Source: Paraspadella gotoi
Taxonomy: Eukaryota > Animalia > Chaetognatha
Direction of reading: 5' to 3'
Assembly: GCA_051294375.1 (NCBI GenBank)
Contig: JBJCIZ010001132.1
Span: 1 to 13,950, forward strand
Length of the DNA stretch: 13,950 nt
Shown here: one piece after another, positions 7,638 through 13,950 of the stretch
How the letters are laid out: each line of letters starts with the position of its first letter
How positions within the stretch are numbered: the stretch's first letter is position 1
Notes under the pieces: generated by a model
The model's input: the letters and a program-made list of their open reading frames with translations, nothing else
Database searches by the model: none
Told to the model about the DNA's origin: nothing
Translations under genes and position numbers: made by a program

Positions 7638-9042
7638 GTGTAATCGTATATCCCGTGTGGGTTTACGTCATAGCCTAGTTGTTCTAAACCTGACTCTATG
7701 GCGTATGGAGCCCAATTTTGATTGACATCATAAGTTGCTTGATTTTGGTCAGTTATGGGATGCGTGAAAGTGTTGGCCTGGGTGTTGTCGCCAATTGCTG
7801 CCGTTTCTGCTGTACTTTGGAACCAAGTTTCAGATGAGGGATTGGATGTGGCTTGTGATTGCTGGTTTTGGTTTCCTTTTTGTATTGAAGCCTGATCCCA
7901 GTTTTGTGATGGCTGGTATCGCAAGATACGTGGTCTTATGGGTCCATGAGAGACATATCCAGGGTTGCCATGAATTAATCCGCGCACTATTCTTGGTTGA
8001 CCGCGGTATGGGTATCTTTGATATCCTATGTTGGGTCTGGGCCATCGGTTGGCAGCTTGGATGTATGATGGTATGTTGCCTGAGGCTATCTCCTTGAGTT
8101 GATCTTGTATGCTATTCATGGTATGACAGACTTCATCGACTTTGGATTCCATTCTCGCTGCTTGATCTTCTGATTTATCCCTTGATGCCAACAATTCTTG
8201 AATTCCCAATTCGTTGATTTTGATTCTGCTGTCCATATCTTTCATTTGAGTTTGAATTTGGTTCCATTCTGGGGAGATCGTTCTTTGATTACCTTGCATT
8301 GTAGAGGCCAGGGTTGGGGCCTGTGTTGGCGGGTTGTGCATTTTTTTGGTGGAAATTGCACCCATGTGGAAAGGAGGTTTAGTCGCGATTTCATTTTGGT
8401 CTTGAACAGATTCCCAATCCACTGCGTACATAAATGCATCTTCCAATGTTTCCCGTTCGCGTTTGCAGTAAAATCTGAGTTTTTTCTTTAATTCTTCGTT
8501 TTCCAAACCTTCAATGAAGCGTAGTACGGCCTGCCTTTCGAATTCTTCCCTAATTTCTCCAAGGCGTGGTTGATAAGTGTTGAGAAGGCGAACGAGTTCA
8601 TCTCTATATTCACGTAGAGTTTTATTGCCCCTTTTGAATGAATCTGGTTGGGGCAAAAAACCGTAGTTTTTCCGCTTCATTCTCAAATGCACTTGTAAAT
8701 GTTTCATCAAGTAATTCCCAACTGTCTTTGATTGATTGAGGCAGATTTTGATACGTTGTCAGCGCGTGTCCTGGTTCCAACTTTGTTGGGATCCAGTAAC
8801 AACATTCTCGATCTATACGTTCGTCCTCATCGTGACTCAAACGAGAGTGGCGCGCACGTTTTCTCTAAAAAATACTTTGTACGTGGACCAAAGATCTTTG
8901 CTGTGAAATTTTTGCATGGAATTCCTTTTGGACGCGGAGATGAGCGATTCCTCGACTGTAAGGTCAGTTGTTGAGAGTTCTGGCAATCAAGGCCATGATC
9001 TTCACCTCCACCTGCTCCTTCGTCAGCTTCGTCTCCGTGCAT
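7625..9042 (-). pseudogene. gag: Gag, split by about three frameshifts (~8905, ~8840, ~8650)
   Basis: Track ORFs 8827..9042, 8622..8840 and 7625..8710 plus an intervening frame (SKDLWSTYKVFFRENVRATL) join into a capsid-like protein: ALTTYQNLP...SWELLDETFTSAF...TLREYRDEL...RFIEGL...TLEDA. It lies directly upstream of pol. Confidence 0.85.
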
Positions 9043-9470
9043 TGTTTAAAATTTGATAAATTGCGAGAATTTGATTAAAAAGAATTTAAATATATTTTTG
9101 CAATATATATGCTACATAAGTCGTAAGTGTAAATAAAATATATAGATAAAAAAAATAAAAACATAAAATTTGGAGGTTGGTAAGGTAGGTAGGTAGGTAA
9201 AATGAATTAAAATTGAATTAAGGGTCCTCCCGAAAATAAGTGGAAATACTAAGGTAGTACCAATAAGTAAGAGAGAAATAAAATTTTTTTAAAAAATATT
9301 TAAAATTATTTGGAATAAAACCCCTTATACGTCGATTTGCACTCCATTGCAAGTGAATGTGATTTAAGTGTAATGCTGTATGAGTTTGGCAAATTATTCT
9401 TATTTAAACGAAGCAAATGAAAGGTTTACAATTCTTATTGGGTTGGTGTGACGCTGGGTCTAACTTTGAA

Positions 9471-9488
9471 CCCGCGTTGGGGCGGCGA
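9471..9488 (-). promoter_or_regulatory. Putative degenerate primer-binding site, tRNA-Lys(CUU)-like
   Basis: Minus strand TCGCCGCCCCAACGCGGG resembles the Lys-type PBS TGGCGCCCAACGTGGGG. It sits ~430 nt upstream of the gag ATG, where a PBS is expected, but lacks the canonical TGG start. Confidence 0.45.
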
Positions 9489-10425
9489 TTAACTACTTGC
9501 ATAATAAATTAGCGTGCTCATTCGTTAACCTCATGAAAACACAATTTATTATCCGCTACACTGCAATGTACCAAACGTCACTTATTTCATTTTAACCTGT
9601 GGCTTTTTTTTCAAGCGTCAGAGCGCAATTTCTAATCGCCTTAAACTGCCACAGTATACGGCCTATCCAATCCAACAAATGATTTTATATTTAGATTTCC
9701 GAAACTCACTTTTTTTTGTGCCTTCTTTGAATTTCCGAGTTCTTATTTGAATTTCCGAGTTCTTATTCAGGGATGTACCTTGATCACGGCGTACGATGCA
9801 CCAAGCTGTTAGGACCCGCCGGTCCGTCCTCCTCCTAAAACGCCCCCGAGAATATTGAAGAATATTGAGGAAACTCCTCAACCCCGGCGAGATGCTTCGG
9901 TAGTCCAGAGACTTCAAAAAGCATGATTTGTGGCGTTGAGCAGATCGACGATCAAATAGTCTCTTTATTTCTCTGAGTTTATGAAGAGTTTAAAAAGGGT
10001 ACCTTAATAAAATAATCCAAGCATATAGATATTCAAACAGTACACAAAATAATATCAAAAATCATTATTTAAACATTTAAAAGAATTACAATGTATTATA
10101 TAAAGAAAACGTAATGATTCAGAACGCAATGAATAATACTGAAAAAATACTGAATTTCGACAAAAATAACTGAATCCCGACGATGACGAATGTAGAGAAA
10201 AGATCATAAATAAACGGTAAATCCTTGTGACGACGTAATAAAGTTTAAACACAGATATCACGATTTGTGAGTCTTTGGATCTAACAAATATAAAATGGAG
10301 CGATTGTTTGTGGTCAATTTTTGAAAAGGTACAAAATGAGAGAATGATTAAAGCTAATTAATGGTATTACTAAATAATAGAAGCGCTTTTTAAAAAAAAG
10401 CGTTACAAAGGATTTGAAGTTAACA
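9489..10425 (-). mobile_element. Possible 5' LTR
   Basis: Adjacent to the PBS-like site. On the minus strand it starts TGTTAACTTC (10425) and ends GTAGTTAA (9489), an imperfect inverted pair, with AATAAA at 9550-9545. There is no second copy in the window to confirm it. Confidence 0.25.
9726..9767. repeat. Perfect 20-bp tandem duplication
   Basis: TTTGAATTTCCGAGTTCTTA x2, plus TT. Confidence 0.9.
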
Positions 10426-10562
10426 TTTTACATTTTACTATTTTACCATCTTATTGTTCTTGTTGTTTGAAAGAATATTTTAACCAAATAACATGTAGTT
10501 TGATTAGTCCAATTAGCTTTTTTAATTGATGAAGCAGAACGTTCTAGTCGTTCCTTCTTAAG

Positions 10563-10722
10563 CTTCTTTTTTATCCTCCCCTCTCCCTCTTTTCTTTCTC
10601 TCCCTCTCTCTTCTCTCGTCCTCTCTTCTTCTCTCTCCCTCTCTTCTTCTCTCTCCCTCTCTACTTCTCTCTCCTAAATTGACGATCAATGGCAACAATG
10701 GCCTCTCTCTCTTTCTCTCTCT

Positions 10723-10766
<44 letters not shown>

Positions 10767-10874
10767 GACGATGACTGGATGTTTTATGTCACTTCCCAAA
10801 TTTTCTTGACCGAAAGAGAGAGAGAGATGTAGAGAAGAGAGAGAGGAGAGAGAGAGAGAGAGAGAGAGAGGAGA
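10563..10874. repeat. CT-rich then GA-rich microsatellite tracts
   Basis: (CT)n and CTCTT variants at 10563-10765; (GA)n at 10815-10874. Confidence 0.9.
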
Positions 10875-11034
10875 TATTACGCGGGGCCATATCCTTGCAG
10901 TTTAAACTGTTAAACTTCGCGCAGTTTCGGGGAAGAGAACTATAAGTTCACCGCAACTACGCCCTGCGGCGGCCTCGCCGGGATATCATCCCGGCAAATC
11001 CCCGCCCCAATTCATGACGGGACGAGAAATGCCC

Positions 11035-11040
11035 ACTCTC

Positions 11041-11073
<33 letters not shown>

Positions 11074-11106
11074 TCTTTCACTCTCTTTCTGTTTATCTTT
11101 GTCTCT
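11035..11106. repeat. (CT)n microsatellite
   Basis: Direct reading of the sequence. Confidence 0.9.
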
Positions 11107-11419
11107 CAAAATTTTCCTTATTTTAAATATATTTTTTAATTACTACAGAAATACATTAATGACAGAAAAAGTAGAAAAAAGAAAGACAAAAAGAAAAATA
11201 TGAAAAAAATGAAAAATAATAAAGAAAGAAGGAAAAAAAGAAAGAAAATTACTAATTATTAATTAATTGATAATTGTTATTATTGATTAGTTGGTTATTC
11301 TGTTTGTTTTTATTTTAATTTAATTTAGTTATTATATTTTTTTAAAAAGATAATTAAAAAAAACATAGAATATAGTTTTATTTTATATTTTAATTCAGCA
11401 GATTTAAAATCAATTACAT

Positions 11420-11446
11420 GTATCAATCGTATCAATCGTATCAATC
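11420..11446. repeat. 9-bp tandem repeat x3
   Basis: GTATCAATC x3. Confidence 0.9.
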
Positions 11447-11928
11447 AGACAATTATCATTTAAAAGGGAAAAAGAGAAAGAGAGAGTGAGAGAAAGTAAG
11501 AAAAAATAAAAATAAAATAAAAAATTGACGAAAGAAGAGAGAGAAAGAGACGATTTTGATGTCCGCGGATCAATTTTGCTCTTTCTATGGTTTTTCCGGC
11601 TATGGGTCTATTGTTCTCTTCCGTCCGCGGCTCAGGTCGCGGACCTACTCGAAACCTGACCCCGACGGGTCATTTCTCTTCTCTTCTCTTCTCTTTCTCT
11701 CTCGCAGCGGCATCCGGGTTTCGATGATCAGAGTCCGTGGAAGTCGCGGATCGAGACTCACTCTTCTGCTCTTTCCTTAATAAATCATTTTTTAAAGAAA
11801 AAAATGAAAAATAAAAATTTTATTTTTTTTATTTAAAAATGTTCACAGGTGTTCGTGGTCGTTCGTCGATCTACATATTCGAATTTTTGATTCCACTTGA
11901 TTTTATATTTTTGCTATGCTTCAAGTAA

Positions 11929-12214
11929 CAGAGAGAGAGAAAAGAAAGTGAGAGAGAGATATGAATAGAAAAAAATTAAATATTTATTAAATGAACAGAT
12001 AATTTTTTTATATTGGTTGTACCAATTTCATAGAGTGAGAAAGAGATAGAAATAGAGATACAAAGATGAGAGAAAGAGAGACTGAGACAGAGCAGAGAAA
12101 GATATATATGAAAATAAAAAAAAGAGAGAGAGGTAGAAAGAGAGAGAGAGAGTAAGAGAGAAAGTAAGAGAAGAGCTAAAAATAGAAAAAGAAATAGAGA
12201 GAGATAGAGATAGA

Positions 12215-12246
<32 letters not shown>

Positions 12247-12300
12247 TGAAAATAGAAAAAGAAAAGATAAAGGTAGACAGAGAGAGAGAGAGATAAAATA
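11929..12300. repeat. GA-rich low-complexity/microsatellite region
   Basis: Degenerate (GA)n and GAAA tracts, with a short AT-rich interruption. Confidence 0.85.
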
Positions 12301-12432
12301 AAATAGAGGGTTTAGGAATGAATCTAAATGCAAATAAATACTATTTATAATGACATCGCAGGAGAATCATTAAAAATATTTTTATAACAAGGACTCCCAT
12401 GATGAACAGATCTAGTGATTTGTGGCGGGGAT

Positions 12433-12543
12433 AGGGCTTCAAACGTTAATCCCCATCAAAAATATTGGCGGGGATTCCCCGCCATGGATAAGGCAGAGGG
12501 CTTCAAACAGTGATCCCCGTAAAAAATAGTGGCGGGGATTCCC
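12433..12543 (+). repeat. Two 47-bp direct repeats (12433-12479, 12497-12543) containing TGGCGGGGAT motifs
   Basis: AGGGCTTCAAACgttaATCCCCatcAAAAATAtTGGCGGGGATTCCC versus AGGGCTTCAAACagtgATCCCCgtaAAAAATAgTGGCGGGGATTCCC; 41 of 47 positions identical. Confidence 0.85.
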
Positions 12544-13435
12544 AAAACAGAGGAAAAAAAGACAGTTTTCGTGAACAGAAAGAGGGCGCAGTTCAAACTG
12601 TCCCTTATAGGCAGTTCAACTGCGCCTTATTGGACGGCGTCAATACTTGAAGAGAGAGAGAAAGATAGAGATAAGTAAAAAGAGATTTAATAGAAAGAGT
12701 AAAGAGTCTCTTGCATCAACTGCCCGCGCCGTCTTCGTCTCTGCGCCGACTCCTTTCGTTCTTCATATTTTCAACTCGGATTCACGACAAATTCTGACGT
12801 CGCTGATCAAAACTGAAGACAAACTCAACCGCTACCAAAAATCGTCGAGTGTATCTTCTGCTAACTTAATTCACGATTTAATTCATCATTTATTCAACAG
12901 TTTACGTCATTTGAGATTTAGTTCAACCTTCGTCGACAAATCAAACGAGCGACGATCAAGGCATAGAAATAATAAACAATTTCAAATTATTACAAAAAAC
13001 CTTTAAACTATTGAGTCAAACATTCAGATAAGTCTTTAAGTGAAAAAAGATTGACTCTTTTATGGAGATTCAGAGCAAGGAGGCGATAGCAAAGTTACTC
13101 CTCATATTTTTGATGAAGGAGAAAAAAATCTTGATTCTTAAATATTAAATGGGAAATCCGTAATATAATTCATTCCATTTTTTTATCTGAAATTTACAAT
13201 TTTTAAATGAGAGAAAGTGAAGAATATCTCGCCTTGTCTTCTCCTTCTATCACTTAAGTACAAATTTCTCTCTATACGTCAATTTTTGCTGAGGTTGAAT
13301 CAATGTTACTAAGAACGGTTTCTGTTTTCATTCGTTTTTATCACCGAATCACAATCGGTCCGTCTGTTGAAACGTTATTTCTATGAGTTTCTAAAACGTT
13401 AGTTTCCGCGTGTGAGAACGAAAAATTCTTCTTCA

Positions 13436-13485
13436 GAGAGAGACTAGAGAAAGATAAGAGAGAGAGAGAAGAGAGAGCAGAGGAG
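13436..13485. repeat. GA-rich microsatellite
   Basis: Degenerate (GA)n. Confidence 0.75.
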
Positions 13486-13950
13486 GCAAAAATAAGCAAA
13501 AGAAGATAAGTCGCTCAGGCTCTATTTTTTTTTCTCGGCTTATTTTTCTTTGATATTGTTCATAAATCTTAATGTATTTGCATTAAATACATTAAAATTT
13601 CCAAATTACTGTAAAGCTGAAGAAAAACTTTTAATAAGAAAAAAATAAACCAAGAACGTAAAAGTTGTGATGGTTCACGTGACCAATTTACACGCAATCA
13701 CAGGATCGCACTTGATAATGTTTTTTTAAAAAAATGTAAAATCTTGCAGTAGATTCCTGAGATATTTTTTTGGAAATGTTTATTTGTGATATCAAAATAA
13801 AACTTACATTAGTAATAGGAATCACCGACACGGCACATATTGGTAAATCTCTATATCATATGATCCGCCCTAATGCTACAATAAAGCGAAGAAAAAAATA
13901 TTAAATCAAGTAAAATCAAACTCGAATAGCTAGATCGATATTCTCTCTTT

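Larger units (their letters stand above)
813..9488 (-). mobile_element. Ty3/Gypsy LTR retrotransposon internal region (PBS-gag-pol), interrupted by a DNA transposon; may extend beyond position 1 and up to about 10425
   Basis: Gag-like ORF followed by pol with domain order PR-RT-RNaseH-IN (the Ty3/Gypsy order), a GPY/F motif after IN, and a -1 frameshift signal at the gag/pol junction. Confidence 0.95.
10875..12645. mobile_element. Possible degenerate foldback/TIR element embedded in (GA)n
   Basis: Left end TATTACGCGGGGCCATATCCTTGCAGTTTAAACTG resembles the reverse complement of the right end, TATTGACGCCGTCCAATAAGGCGCAGTTGAACTG. AATCCCCGCC (10997) mirrors GGCGGGGATT (12467, 12531). The left CT tract mirrors the right GA tract. 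Confidence 0.35.

Noticed and set aside
4399-8974. Numerous short plus-strand and alternative-frame ORFs overlapping gag/pol
   Set aside because: Shadows of the long minus-strand coding frames, with no independent motifs.
9179-9198. GGTA repeats / GTAAG donor-like motifs
   Set aside because: A short tetranucleotide microsatellite on the strand opposite to the element's transcript.
9663-10261. Minus-strand ORFs 9663..9917 and 10055..10261, and a plus-strand Pro-rich frame (DPPVRPPPKTPPRIL...QKA*) near 9813-9926
   Set aside because: Short, with no recognisable domain and no convincing start or exon partners; they fall in the putative LTR region.
11556-12333. ORFs 11556..11780 and 12028..12333
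   Set aside because: Low-complexity translations of microsatellite DNA (Leu/Ser/Phe runs).
12433-12543. CRISPR-like repeat-spacer array
   Set aside because: Only two imperfect 47-bp units with a 17-nt gap, in a eukaryotic context with no cas genes.
12647-13006. 119-aa plus-strand ORF and a possible 50-nt intron (12851-12900, GT...CTAAC...CAG)
   Set aside because: Begins at TTG in a GA repeat, has no domain similarity I can recognise, and splicing does not yield a longer convincing frame.

Overview
AT-rich, microsatellite-rich eukaryotic DNA dominated by nested transposable elements. On the minus strand is a Ty3/Gypsy (Metaviridae-type) LTR retrotransposon: gag (9042-7625, three small frameshifts), a -1 ribosomal frameshift cassette (G_GGU_UUU slippery site, 6-nt spacer, H-type pseudoknot), and pol in the order PR, dUTPase-like segment, RT, RNase H, IN. 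The integrase C-terminus is split by a 2260-bp non-coding DNA transposon (1757-4016). It has an exact 8-bp TSD (TTGTGCAT) and about 165-bp divergent TIRs, and it carries a tRNA-derived SINE-like sequence and an LTR-like fragment. Removing it rejoins pol to a GPY/F motif and a long acidic then RS-rich tail ending at 813. Just downstream of pol, on the same strand and with no LTR in between, are an AATAAA plus A29 tract, a strong 3' splice acceptor and an uninterrupted non-Env ORF (473 to <1) that the ORF track missed. This is a candidate third, separately expressed retroelement gene. The last 3.5 kb are GA/CT microsatellites with GC-rich hairpin islands in a mirrored arrangement, possibly a degenerate foldback element. 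No host gene could be firmly identified.
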